Source: Octopus sinensis (lineage: Eukaryota). From it: a DNA stretch of 64,000 nt. The notes under the pieces are model-generated. The model searched no databases and was not told the DNA's origin. It saw only the letters and a list, made by a program, of their open reading frames with translations. Each line of letters begins with the position of its first letter. Position 1 is the first letter of the stretch. This document shows positions 1 to 11,107 of the stretch, in pieces. Made by a program: the position numbers and the translations under genes. The DNA lies in assembly GCF_006345805.1 (NCBI RefSeq), contig NC_043014.1, positions 10,540,001 through 10,604,000 on the forward strand. The letters run 5' to 3'.

Positions 1-165
1 GTTACAGCGCCGGGCGGAAGCTTCGCAGTATTTTGTCAACGTTCACGTTCTGAGTTCAAATTCCGCCGCGGTCAACATTGCCTTTCGTCTTTGTAGGACC
101 TATGAAAGAAGTACCAGTTACTCACTGGTATCGATGTAATTGAGTCACCCTTTCCCCAAAATTTC
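1..165 (+). mobile_element. tRNA-headed SINE family A (short-tail variant), 5' end cut by window
   Basis: B-box-like GTTCTGAGTTCAAATTCC plus the family-A body, matching many other copies in the window. Confidence 0.8.
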
Positions 166-231
166 CGCTATATTTCTTCCTACTATAGTAGCATGTTCTA
201 CTACTACTACTACTATAGGAGAAAGGAATAT

Positions 232-643
232 GGATCTTTTCGGTTTGAACGGCAGTTTTTAATATAATTTCTAGGTAACTAAAAAATTTTAAACTTCGTA
301 TACTGGTAGAATGTGTTTATAAAACATATTTTTCCCTTGGCTTTATTGAGAAAATTCTATAGTTTGTAAGATATTTGTTGTTGTTTTTTCTTCAATTTCT
401 GCAATTTCAACCAATCAGTGACGTCTATTGATTTAAAAAGTATTCTGTGCCGTATGAATATTCCCTCGTTTAAGAAACAGATTGGGTTTATTTACATTTG
501 TGAAGAAAGAAAAGGATACCCTTCCCCCACCCCCAACCCTAAAAGAGATTGAAATGCAATAGATCGATAGTAGGGTCATAATTATGGGTGACAATTTCAT
601 ATGACACCGCTAGAAAACACTGCCGTTCAAACCGAAAAGATCC
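232..643. mobile_element. Non-autonomous DNA transposon (MITE), Merlin-like
   Basis: ~28-bp TIRs GGATCTTTTCGGTTTGAACGGCAG... / ...CTGCCGTTCAAACCGAAAAGATCC; 8-bp TSD AGGAATAT at 224-231 and 644-651; GG termini with an 8-bp TSD fit Merlin. Confidence 0.75.
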
Positions 644-1321
644 AGGAATATAGTCGCATGTATTAATTATAAACTTCCTGTGAAGAGTAATATTTATAGC
701 GTGAATACAAACGCTAAAATTGCATCTAATCTCAAAATTAAAATGAACGTGCAAGCTACATTTCATTCAAAACAAAACTGACAGCTAGATGTAGGAATTA
801 TGAACCTAGGGTTTTAGGTTATTTCAGGTTCAAATAAAATAGCTACACCCTACCTAATAATATTCGTTCGGAATCTAATTTGCAGCAAACTTTTCTCCTA
901 GATTCCCTGAATGTGTACCTGAAACTATGGCTACTAAAACCGTATCTAATAAAGTTTTGTTTTCTAATAACCCACGTGGTAAAATATTCTACCGTTGCAT
1001 GTGTAGACATGTTGAGATCTGACTTCTAGATAAAAATTTCTTAGCGAAATATCAAATATATCTACGGTTAAGTTATATCCACAACATATCTTTTCTTTTC
1101 TTTTTCTGTTTTTGTTATATAAAAAGAATATTGCATGCATTTTTTGTTTGTTTGTTGTTGTGTTTTTTTTTGCTCTAAACACACTCTACATCATTAATTG
1201 TGCACCTCTGGAAGTTAAAATATAAGAGTGCAAATCATAAGCGAGAATGGAGAACAATTCTTCTAAACTTTATCAAGTTTTACGGTGCGTTTTTCCAGCA
1301 GTTTTCAGGGGAGGAATAAAT

Positions 1322-1487
1322 CCATTACATAGACCCAGTGCCCGACTGGTACTTTCTTTTATCGAACCCGTAAGGATGAAAGGCAAAGTCGACCTCGGCG
1401 GAATTTGAACTCAGAACGTAAAGCCAGACGAAACACCGCTAAGCATTTTGACCACGGTGCTAAAGTTTCCGCCAGCTCGCTGCCTTA
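1322..1487 (-). mobile_element. SINE family A copy
   Basis: Reverse complement of the family-A head and body. Confidence 0.85.
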
Positions 1488-1605
1488 GGCGTAAAGGTAA
1501 TATCATTAACATACTTTAGGCATTTAAATATTACATGATTAGCATCAAAAATGATGCTGTATTCATAGAAATTATATTTTTCACCAATAAGGGTTATTTA
1601 TACAC

Positions 1606-1817
1606 ATAATCCTTTCTACTATAGGCCCAACCCTGAAATTTTGGTAGTGAGGGACTAGTCGCTTATATCGACTCCAGTGTTTAACTAGTGCTTATTTTAC
1701 CGATTTCGAAAGGATAACAGGCAAGGTCGACCTCGGCAGAATTTGAACTCAGAACGTAGCGGCAGGCGAAACACCGCTAAGCATTTTGACACTGTGCTAA
1801 CGATTCTAACAGCTCGC
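1606..1817 (-). mobile_element. SINE family A, short-tail variant
   Basis: Family-A body with ...CCTATAGTAGAAAGGATTAT tail. Confidence 0.85.
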
Positions 1818-1827
1818 CCCATAATTT

Positions 1828-2215
1828 GGGTTGGAAGCACTCCGTCGGTTACGACGACGAGGGTTCCGGTTGATCCGAATCAACGGAACAGCCTGCTCGT
1901 GAAATTAACGTGTAAGTGGCCGAGCACTCCACAGACACGTGTACCCTTAACGTAGTTCTCGGGGATATTCAGCGTGCCACAGAGAGTGACAAGGCCGGCC
2001 CTTTGAAATACAGGTACAACAGAAACAGGAAGTAAGAGTGAGAGAAAGTTGTGGTGAAAGAGTACAGCAGGGATCACCACCATCCCCTGCCGGTGCCTCG
2101 TTGAGCTTTAGGTGTTTTCGCTCAATAAACACTCACAACGCCCGGTCTGGGAATCGAAACCGCAATCTTATGACCGCGAGTCCGCTGCCCTAGCCACTGG
2201 GCCATTGCGCCTCCA
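1828..2215 (-). mobile_element. tRNA-headed SINE, head B + tail 1 (resembles Octopus OR/OK-type SINEs)
   Basis: A box TGGCCCAGTGG and B-box-like GTTTCGATTCC on minus strand; 12-bp TSD GCCCCATAATTT (1816-1827, 2216-2227); near-identical copies at 35773, 38626, 43356. Confidence 0.9.
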
Positions 2216-2278
2216 GCCCCATAATTTATACACATAATGGTCTTCAAAATTATTTATATAAATCCAATAAGCTAAATC

Positions 2279-2423
2279 AGGGGGTATTTGTCTCCCCTTC
2301 GTAAATATATAAGGACAAAGGAAATGTGTCAAGGCCGACAGGAAGCGTCGATGCTTCCTAGGGCTAAACAGCGGTGGTGTAATTCCCTTACAGGACTGTC
2401 ACGTTAAGTTGACAATATACAAC
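2279..2423 (+). repeat. Partial inverted copy of the 3790-3935 segment (3' part of the hammerhead-bearing repeat)
   Basis: High reverse-complement identity, including the hairpin GGAAGCGTCGATGCTTCC. Confidence 0.85.
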
Positions 2424-2689
2424 CACTCCAATAAGCTAACTTTTTAATAATAATTCAGAGGGTACTAAGCATTGAAATCTGACTTCCATCTCACGTGTGG
2501 CACAAATATGAGCAACACATATTTACATAAATCTAAAGAGGTTCAATTGGGAAATGTTTAAATAAGCAAATACTTTTATTCATATATTTATTTATGTATC
2601 TTGCGTGCATCTTGTGTTTATAGATACGTACGAGTGTATTTCTGTCTGTTTGTCCGTATGTATGCATGTAAGTGCGTGCATAAATGGTT

Positions 2690-2755
2690 GTGTAATTATC
2701 TGTGAATTTATATTGGGATATTTGTACTTATATCTTCTATGCACACATATATACA

Positions 2756-2817
<62 letters not shown>

Positions 2818-2980
2818 AAGATATATATATATATAAAGATAGATAGATATATATGTGTGTGTGTGTGTGTGGATGTGTGTGTGAATGTGCATTTGGGTAG
2901 CTGTACAAATATGTATGCATGCACACACATATATACACACAGGCCTATATGTATTTATATATATATATATATAGTAGAAA
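2690..2980. repeat. (TA)n/(GA)n/(GT)n compound microsatellite
   Basis: Direct observation. Confidence 0.95.
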
Positions 2981-3123
2981 TATGTTACGAAAAGAAAATA
3001 TAAAATACACTCGGAAATGTAAGGGTAAAATATGAAAAATCAACGAAAATGCATGTTGCAAATAGAAAAAGGCTATTTATGACATGTAACGACAAATATA
3101 TACATTTAGACAGACTGAGGTAG

Positions 3124-3240
3124 TAATATGAGTCATAAAAGTCATTATTATGAGATGATTATAAGATGATAATGTTTTGTTCTCTTACTTTATTATAATC
3201 TTATAATCATCTCATAATAATGACATTTATGACTCGTATT
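3124..3240. repeat. Fold-back palindrome, ~44-bp arms
   Basis: TAATATGAGTCATAAAAGTCATTATTATGAGATGATTATAAGAT vs its near reverse complement. Confidence 0.9.
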
Positions 3241-3307
3241 ATATATATATTAATGATATATGTGCGTGCGTGTGGGTGTGCTTGTGTGTGGAGGGGTCGG
3301 TAGCTGA

Positions 3308-3572
3308 GTGTATATTCCCATACTTGTACTTTTATTAATTTACTTATCAGAAGTTTTGGAGTTGAATAAAACTTTCACTCTTTTAAACATCCACTTTCAC
3401 TGACATTAATACGAAGTACATTTATTTCTTCTCATTCCGAACAATTTTCTGAAATTTGTATGTATTTGTACATAGCACCATGTAGTTGCATGTTTTTTTA
3501 GTAATCGTATAATGGAGGAGAACTATACATGAAGGAAAATTATACATGTTGATGGATGTGACAATTTCTACT
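3308..3572. repeat. Left arm of ~265-bp inverted repeat pair (partner 7597-7832)
   Basis: Reverse-complement match to 7597-7832. Confidence 0.85.
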
Positions 3573-3762
3573 ATTCTAAAATCTCTTTCTCTCCATCTCT
3601 CATACCCGGTCTTTTATACTCTCTCCATCTCTCTTTCTTTCTCTTTCTAACCGTATGCATATGTGCAGATGGATAGATGATAGATAGACAGATAGATGCA
3701 TATGGATATATATATATATATATATATCATAAATATTAAATTTCTAAATCTCTCATAGAGAT

Positions 3763-4025
3763 ATGTACGGTGGTGGGGCGATAGAATTGTTGTATACTGT
3801 CAATCTAATGTGAACGTGACAGTAGAGGGGTTACCACACCGCTGTTTAGCCCTAGGAAGCATCGACGCTTCCTGATGGCTCTGACACATTATTCCTGTGT
3901 CCTTATATACATTTACGAAGGGGAGACAAACACCCCCAGCAGCCAGGCCTGCATCTAGAGATACGCGTGTTTCAGGATCATTGTCCTTCATCGGTCTAGA
4001 GTAGCAGACGCCCGTCAGCCGCGAA
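3763..4025 (-). mobile_element. Penelope-type pLTR-like repeat carrying a degenerate hammerhead
   Basis: Contains the hammerhead at 3953-3999; lies between copies of a 32-bp direct repeat (3731-3762, 4096-4127). Confidence 0.55.
3953..3999 (-). ncRNA. Type I hammerhead ribozyme, degenerate (two substitutions)
   Basis: Minus strand: TCTAGA-CCGATGA-AGGA caatga TCCT-GAAAC acgcgt ATC-TCTAGA; 6-bp stem I, 4-bp stem II, palindromic stem III. Confidence 0.7.
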
Positions 4026-4167
4026 TATCTGTCCCGATCCGCAAATGTATATATCTAATTTTCAGTGAAGTTTATTCACTGATTACCAAAATCAGAAATA
4101 TTAAATTTCTAAATCTCTCATAGAGATGTGAAAATTAGATATATACATTTTCGGATCGGGACAGATA
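4026..4167. repeat. Fold-back, ~40-bp arms
   Basis: ATATCTGTCCCGATCCGCAAATGTATATATCTAATTTTCA vs TGAAAATTAGATATATACATTTTCGGATCGGGACAGATAT. Confidence 0.9.
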
Positions 4168-4173
4168 TATATA

Positions 4174-5412
4174 CAGGGTGTCCCAAAAAAATGTATGCAC
4201 ACTTTAAACAATTGTAAAGTAGTTGTTTATTAAAAGACACTTCATTTTCAAAATTTAATAGAATCTACAGACATTATTTTATTGTTTTGTCAATGCCTGT
4301 TTTCAAACTGATGTCCGGTCTGGTCCAGGTGACAACGCAAAGGAATGGAATCACAAATATCACAAAAGAATTTGTTTGGTATTTGTGTGCACTCTCGTCC
4401 AATGACTGCTCTCAAATCAGCGACTTGTATGTTTCATAGCGTAGAATTTGTCTTTAAGGTATCCCCATAAAAAGTCTAGTGGTGTGAGGTCTGGTGAATT
4501 CAACCATACCTCTTCATCCAATCCACCTGTTTAGCAAGATCTCATCAAGTAAGGATCTAACATAGCAATGGTAGTGTGGGGGTGCCCCATCTTGCTGAAA
4601 ATAAAACTCCTCATCTTCAAAGTCTTCTCTAATGCTTGGCATAACAGACTGTTGCAACAAGTTCAAGTAAACGGGACCAGTCACAGTAGCATAACAAAAG
4701 AATGGTCCAATTAATCCTCTTGATGATAAACCACACCACACAAATATCAAATTAACATGGTGTTTCACCATAACATGCAGATTCTCAGGACCCCAGTAGG
4801 TGCAATTGTGGCAGTTAATTGGACCATTCAATTTGAATGTGGCTTCATCACTCCACACAATCTTTGTTGGAAAGTGTGCAGCTTCTACACATCGTTCCAA
4901 GTACCACTTGCAATGCTGCACTCTTTCGTCTGGATCATCATCATTAATAGCATGGATTAATCTTGGAATGTAACTTTTCCATTGACAATGCTTCAAAATG
5001 CATTGGACAGATGATTTTGGAATACCTACCTCATGACTCGCTTTGCCGCACAGATTTTCTTGGACTTTGGTGATTCATTTCCAGTACTCCTTGCTTTGCT
5101 GGGGTTGTTGATGTTCGGGGTCTTCTGGAATGCTTATCGTGGACATTCTGAACAGTTCCATCAGCTTCAAACTTATCTCTAATTCAAGTGATAGGGAGTT
5201 GCATTGGTGGATCTGTTTGAAACTCCCTCCCCAACTGTTTTTGCACTTCAACTGCATTTTCACACTTCCAGTATCATTTTAGAATGAATTTTCTTTGTTC
5301 AAAGCTTAATCTGACTGCCATCATTAAATCCTATAGGTTTCATCTGGAAAGAAAAAATATCAATTGAGTTATCAGCTGCTAAAGTATGTATACATTTTTT
5401 GGGGACACCCGG
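4174..5412 (-). mobile_element. Tc1/mariner DNA transposon, DD41D-like, inactive
   Basis: 32-bp TIRs CAGGGTGTCCCAAAAAAATGTAT...; TA TSD at both ends; transposase motifs [28 protein letters not shown]. Confidence 0.9.
4440..5320 (-). pseudogene. DDD transposase pseudogene
   Basis: ORF 4514-4996 carries the catalytic motifs; stop after RWIG and a frameshifting deletion before SPDLTPLD. Confidence 0.85.
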
Positions 5413-5560
5413 TATATATATATATATATATATATATATAGCTGTTCATACATTAGTATACCAATATTCAGACATGCGAAAATAATTCGAAATATAGTTA
5501 TGCATGTATGTATTGTATATATACAAAATCAAATTAAGCAATAAGGATATCCAGTGGTAA

Positions 5561-5646
5561 TGCAGTACGATCTTTTCATGCAACTCCATTAAACTGAACA
5601 ATGCAAGCATTACATCTGTTTAAATGCAGAGCAATCCTCAGCTGCA
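5561..5646 (-). ncRNA. Hammerhead-like motif with long stem II (left arm, GAAAC changed to GAAAA)
   Basis: TGCAG-CTGAGGA-long insert-GAAAA gatc GTA-CTGCA on minus strand. Confidence 0.5.
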
Positions 5647-7038
5647 CAAAGACATAGAATTTAATTAAATTTTTTAAAATATGACAAGACAATATTTTTT
5701 TTAATGATCTTTAGAAATTACTTGATTTATCCCTTTCTTAAATGGCTCTACCCTCCTGATCTTAGTATTTATAAGGGTCTTTATATAAATAACCTTTCTA
5801 AATAAGTGCCACTAAGAAACTATAAATATCTTGTAGGGAGTAATAATAATAACTTCTTAAACCTATAATATATCCCTTAGTTTTAAAACTTAGTGTAAAA
5901 TATGAATGTCCCATAACTTAAATATTCCTTTTGCTCATACCAGGTATCAGTCTTTTATTGATATTAGCTATATAAGTAAATACATATATTTTTAATCTAA
6001 TATATTTTGTATTATTATACATTTACAATAAATCTTCTCTATAGGTGTTAGTAAGCTACATATACTTTATCATGGTTTTAGCGATTAAGATATTTTATTC
6101 CTTTTCTATTGTGTTCTGCCCTACTTGATTATTTTATTTATTATCTTATAATTAGCCTTTATGTTTTTAATTTATAAAATTAATCTAATTTTTGTAACTC
6201 TATAAATTCATACTTAGCACATATAAAACTATACTGGTATATTCACTAATGAAAAAAACTGCTTAGATTATAATTTTATCAATATATAATTAGCATGATC
6301 TTTTACTTCAATACTCCTTTATTAATACCAGTATATACTAATTAATCAATATTCATAGACACCATCTGATGAGTTAGTATTTAAGTGTACAATATGTATA
6401 AATATTAAACTATTTCTGGATAATTTCTTTTCCCCCTTCTATTGTGATAAAAGTTTGGTATATACTCAAAAGTATTCAAAATTTCGAGCCTTTTGTTATA
6501 ATATTCTTCTTAATAATCCTCTGAATAATCCTAAACTTTAACTGTATACAATATAGCAACATTGTTTAAAATATTTTAGCTATAGTACTACATGATAAGA
6601 CTTCCCCTGTTTCATTATCAATGGACTGCTAGTGGGCGACAGCCTTGATTGTCAGCTAACAACTTGTTTTAAGTTTAAACTTACCAAACCTCATAATATT
6701 GCTTCTAATAAATCTTGATTTTTATGGCTATACAAACTATGATTTCTGTCTACTCCCTCAGCCCTACCCCTAATATATACTACCCCTTTGTTCTCTCAGC
6801 CTTAGATGTACAAGGTTTTGATAAACTAGTTTATAAATGGAAACCGACACCCAAAACAGCATAAAATCAGTGACAGGCAGAGTCTGTAACAATGTACATA
6901 TTCTTGATACCTCAGTAGCTTCTATACTGAAGTGAACACAGGATGTTCTTTGCCTATCTCCTTAACGTCTTGGAGATTTTAGATAAAATTATACTGATGT
7001 GTCCATCTGTTTTAATTTAATTAAATTCTATGTCTTTG

Positions 7039-7125
7039 TGCAGCTGAGGATTGCTCTGCATTTTAAATTGATGTAATGATTGAATTGTTCAATTAAATGA
7101 AGTTGCTTGAAACGATCGTACTGCA
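7039..7125 (+). ncRNA. Hammerhead-like motif with long stem II (right arm, core intact)
   Basis: TGCAG-CTGAGGA-58 nt-GAAAC gatc GTA-CTGCA; 5-bp stem I, palindromic ACGATCGT stem III; stem II base is weak. Confidence 0.6.
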
Positions 7126-7596
7126 TTACCTCTGGGTATCCTTGTTAGTTATTTTGATTTTAATCACCTTACTAGATTCTGGTGCCTCAAATTAAGTACC
7201 ATATTCTTCTGAATCTCTCTCTTTATCTCTCTTTCTCTCTCTCTCCCTCTCTCTCTCTTTCTCTCTCTCCCTCCCTCTCTCTCTCTATATATATATATAT
7301 GATTTTTTATTTTTTTATTTTTCCAGTTTCAGCTAATGAGCTGTGGCCATGCTGGGGCACCGCCATATATATATATATATATATATATATAGATAGATAT
7401 ATATATAAATATACAACCCCATATCTATGTATTTATATATCTATCTATATACATCTATCTATGTACTTATATATACATATGCATATGGTGAGAAAGAGAG
7501 AGAAAGAGAGATTGAGAGTGTATGAAAGAGCGAGTATGAGAGATGGAAAGAAAGAGATTTGGGACTGTGTATATGTACACTTAAAAAATTTTTTTG

Positions 7597-7832
7597 AGTA
7601 GAAATTGTCACATTCATCAACATGTATAGTTTTCCTTCACTATATGATTACTAAAAAACATGCAACTACATGGTACTATGTACAAATACATACAAATTTT
7701 AGAAAATTGTTCGAAATTAGAAGAAATATATGTACATCGTATTAATGTCAGTGAAAGTGGATGTTTAAAAGAGTGAAGCTGCAAAACTTCAGATAAGTAA
7801 TTAATAAAAGTACAAGTGTGCGAATAATACAC
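7597..7832. repeat. Right arm of ~265-bp inverted repeat pair
   Basis: Reverse complement of 3308-3572. Confidence 0.85.
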
Positions 7833-7944
7833 ACCCAGCCACCGACCGCTCCTCACACGCACACACATATATCATTAATATATGTGTGTGTGTATGTGCG
7901 TGTGTACGTGTGTGGACTGACAGTAAACAATATATATAATATAT

Positions 7945-8165
7945 ATATATATATACATGCATATATACATACGTACATTCATACATATATACATATATAC
8001 ATACATACATATATACATACATACATACATTCATACATACATACATACATACATACATACATACATACATACATACATACATACATACATACATTCATAC
8101 ATATATACATACACACATACATACATACATACATACATACATACATACATACATACATACATACA

Positions 8166-8198
<33 letters not shown>
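7945..8198. repeat. (CATA)n microsatellite
   Basis: Direct observation. Confidence 0.95.
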
Positions 8199-8199
<1 letters not shown>

Positions 8200-8257
8200 G
8201 AAATTATTAGATAGTGCAATATTAGCAAAAAAAATATTAGCACTATGAGGTTCTTTA

Positions 8258-8622
8258 CTCTTTTGTTTCAGTCATTTGACTGTGGCCATGCTGGAGCACC
8301 ACCTTTAGCCGAGCAGATCGACCCCAGGACTTATTCTTTGGAAGCCTAGTACTTATTCTATCGGCCTCTTTTGCCTAACCGCTAAGTTACGGGGACGTAA
8401 ACACCAGCATCGGTTGTCAAGTGATGTTGGGGGGACAAACACAGACACACAAACATATACACACACTTAGAAATATACATATATATGACGGGCTTCTTTC
8501 AGTTTCCGCCTACCAAATCCACTCACAAGGCTTTGGTGGGCCCGAGGCTATAGTAGAAGACACTTGCCCAAGGTGCCACGCAGTTGGACTGAACCCGGAA
8601 CCTTGTGGTTCGTAAGTAAGCT
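8258..8622 (-). mobile_element. CORE-type SINE family D with internal (TA/TG)n, 5' truncated
   Basis: CORE-like CCTTGGGCAAGTGTCTTCT; matches 11108, 26432, 60058. Confidence 0.9.
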
Positions 8623-8783
8623 AATTTCGAAAGGTAATGAAAAATAAAAATATTTACCATCCATTTCCGTACCATGATTTCGACCTGCGCCTAGCAAATT
8701 ATTTTATTAGCTGAAGATAGCCCGAAATCATGGTACGGAAATAGATGGTAAATATTTTTAGTTTTCATTACCTTTCGAAATTA
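8622..8783. repeat. Fold-back element, 61-bp arms (8622-8682, 8723-8783)
   Basis: Near-perfect inverted arms around a 40-bp spacer. Confidence 0.9.
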
Positions 8784-8861
8784 CCCCTAATAGTGGTTTG
8801 GAGTTTAACTACTCTTTCTAGCGGGTCACATGTCCTATTATGGCAATCTTTCATATGTTCG

Positions 8862-9120
8862 TAAGGTCGTGAGTTCAATTCCCGGCGGCGCGTTGTGTCC
8901 TTGAGCAAGACACTTCTTTTCACGTTGCTCCAGTCCACTCAGCTGGCAAAAATGAGTAGTACCTGTATTTCAAAGGGTCAGCCTTGTCACACTCTGCGTC
9001 ACGCTGAATCTCCCCGTGAACTACGTTAAGGGTACACGTGTTTGTGAAGTGCTCAGCCACTTGCACGTTAATTCCACGAGCAAGCTGTTCCGTGATCGTA
9101 TCAGCTGGGACCCTCGTCGT
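8862..9120 (+). mobile_element. CORE SINE, head C + tail 1, truncated
   Basis: GTGTCCTTGAGCAAGACAC CORE-like block plus the tail shared with head-B copies. Confidence 0.85.
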
Positions 9121-9336
9121 GAAGGCAGAACCGTTAGCACGCCGGGTGAAATGCGTAGCTGTATTTCGTCTGCCGTTACGTTCTGGGTTCAAATTCCGCC
9201 GAGGTCGACTTTGCCTTTCATCCTTTCGGGGTCGATCAATTAAGTACAAGTTACGCACTGGGGTAATCGATGTAATCGACTTAATCCCTTTGTCTGTCCT
9301 TGTTTGTCCCCTCTGTGTTTAGCCCCTTGTGCGTAG
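9121..9336 (+). mobile_element. SINE family A, long-tail variant
   Basis: Family-A body plus ...GCCCCTTGTG(C/G)GTAGTAAAGAAATA tail. Confidence 0.9.
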
Positions 9337-9341
9337 TAAAG

Positions 9342-9382
<41 letters not shown>

Positions 9383-9404
9383 TATACATATGCATGTATG
9401 TATG

Positions 9405-9440
<36 letters not shown>

Positions 9441-9573
9441 ATATATATATATATATATGTTATGTATGTATGTATTATAATGTATGTATACATATGTATA
9501 TATATATATTTATATTTATATATGTGTCTATATATAAAATTGTATGTGTGTGTGAGTGCATTTAATATGTATA

Positions 9574-9619
<46 letters not shown>

Positions 9620-9859
9620 GTGGTTATTCGTTCATATTTATTAGGTGTAAATCCTCACAAATTGATGATCATATATTCACATCTTAAGGCAAAATTTCAT
9701 CAGCAATATAAACACTGTTTTAGTATTTATTGCAAATCTACTTTCTTTCAGAAGAGATAAAACAACTGCTGCACAGTAATTTACGGATCATTTTATAGTT
9801 TCTTTCTAAACACTGAATGAAGCTTATATACAAAAATGACATAAATATTGTGTCGTTTC

Positions 9860-10245
9860 TCCTAGAGTATTCTCTTGAAAAACGCCGCCGCCGTGGTGAT
9901 CTCATTCTCGCCCGCAACATCATAAGCGGAAAGTGTAACATCTCGAAAGAGCTGTTCTTCACTCCTGCTCCAGAGCGTCGGCTGTGGGGTCATTCCGAAA
10001 AGCTCTACCTGCGACGATTTCATCTCAATCGAAGGAGAGGAGCTTTCTCCGTCCGGGTTGCGGATCCGTGGAACAAGCTGCCAGACGAGATGGTGAAGAT
10101 GCCGACGACCGCTTTGTTCAAAGCCTCCCTTGACCTCAAGTGGCCTGAACTCTTTACATGAACACCACCCTGTACTTAACTCTATGTCCCCCTACATGGC
10201 CTTGCTATTTGCTTTTGAGCCAAATTAACTAACTAACTAACTAAC
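9860..10245 (+). mobile_element. CR1-clade LINE 3' fragment
   Basis: SLEKRRRRGDLI...FSVRVADPWNKLP...FKASLD, then 3' UTR and (TAAC)n tail; inverted copy at 55345. Confidence 0.85.
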
Positions 10246-10278
10246 ATGAGCAGATGTGTATCATTATTATTGTTATTA

Positions 10279-10487
10279 TTCAGTAGTTTTATTTTTATAG
10301 CGGCTTTCACTTCACTACCGAGCGCAGCTCTGTGTGCCTTGGGTATGTGCTGTGATTTGTTGTGATGCTCTGATGGTTATTGTATGGAAAGTGTTCTGCG
10401 TAGGATGTGTGCAGTGCCTAGTAGTGCAATTTTCTGTATGTTATATGTGTTTGTAAGTCCTGGTATTTTTGTTATGTATTTGTCTGA
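10279..10487 (-). mobile_element. R4/Dong-clade LINE 3' fragment in (TAA)n
   Basis: Minus-strand IPGLTNTYNIQKIALLGTAHILRRTLSIQ*. Confidence 0.75.
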
Positions 10488-10496
10488 ATATTATTA

Positions 10497-10552
<56 letters not shown>

Positions 10553-10568
10553 GTTGTTGTTATTATTA

Positions 10569-10608
<40 letters not shown>

Positions 10609-10609
<1 letters not shown>

Positions 10610-10938
10610 TATGTTTGACTTTTGCTTTATGTCTGTACAAGTTGCCTCCAAGTCTCACCCAGAGACCCCAAGAGACAACAGGTTGGAAGTTCACGTTGTT
10701 GTTATGCCTAGTGTGTCATATATTTGGGGGGGTTTTTGGTGTTGTACTAGTGAATGTCGAATACATAAAAAAAAAGTTTGTTTTAAACCTTGGGATTACA
10801 TAGAAAGTATTTTGCGTAGGATATGAGCAGTTCCCATGAGCCCTATCTTTTGAATTTCTGCCATTTTGGGGTTTCCTGGTATCTGAGTTAGGTAGCAATC
10901 AGTCCCTTTCGCTATCATTCCCAGGGCACCTATGACAA

Positions 10939-10939
<1 letters not shown>
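10609..10939 (-). mobile_element. R4/Dong-clade LINE 3' fragment in (TAA)n
   Basis: IVIGALGMIAKG...IPGNPKMAEIQKIGLMGTAHILRKILSM*; (TTA)n on both sides. Confidence 0.85.
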
Positions 10940-10980
<41 letters not shown>

Positions 10981-11107
10981 GTTTTTTTCCGTCTTTCTTC
11001 AAATTTTCTTCCGTTTCTCGCCGACTGTTTTCCATACACCTAGGGCAGAGAAGCTAATTGTATGCATTCCCAGATTACACGGGCAAATTCACAGATAAAA
11101 TGTGTAT

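Larger units (their letters stand above)
5525..7161. mobile_element. 1.64-kb element with ~150-bp inverted arms, each with a hammerhead-like motif (Penelope-type inverted pLTR architecture)
   Basis: Arms 5525-5670 and 7013-7161 are reverse complements; no TSD found; interior has no recognisable ORF. Confidence 0.6.

Noticed and set aside
6366-6420. CTGATGAG hammerhead start
   Set aside because: No downstream GAAA and no stems.
5671-7012. Mitochondrial insertion (NUMT)
   Set aside because: AT-rich, but I recognised no mitochondrial rRNA, tRNA or protein motif.
8711-8740. CTGAAGA...CGAAATC in the fold-back spacer
   Set aside because: No stem II, and no stem I complement after a UH.
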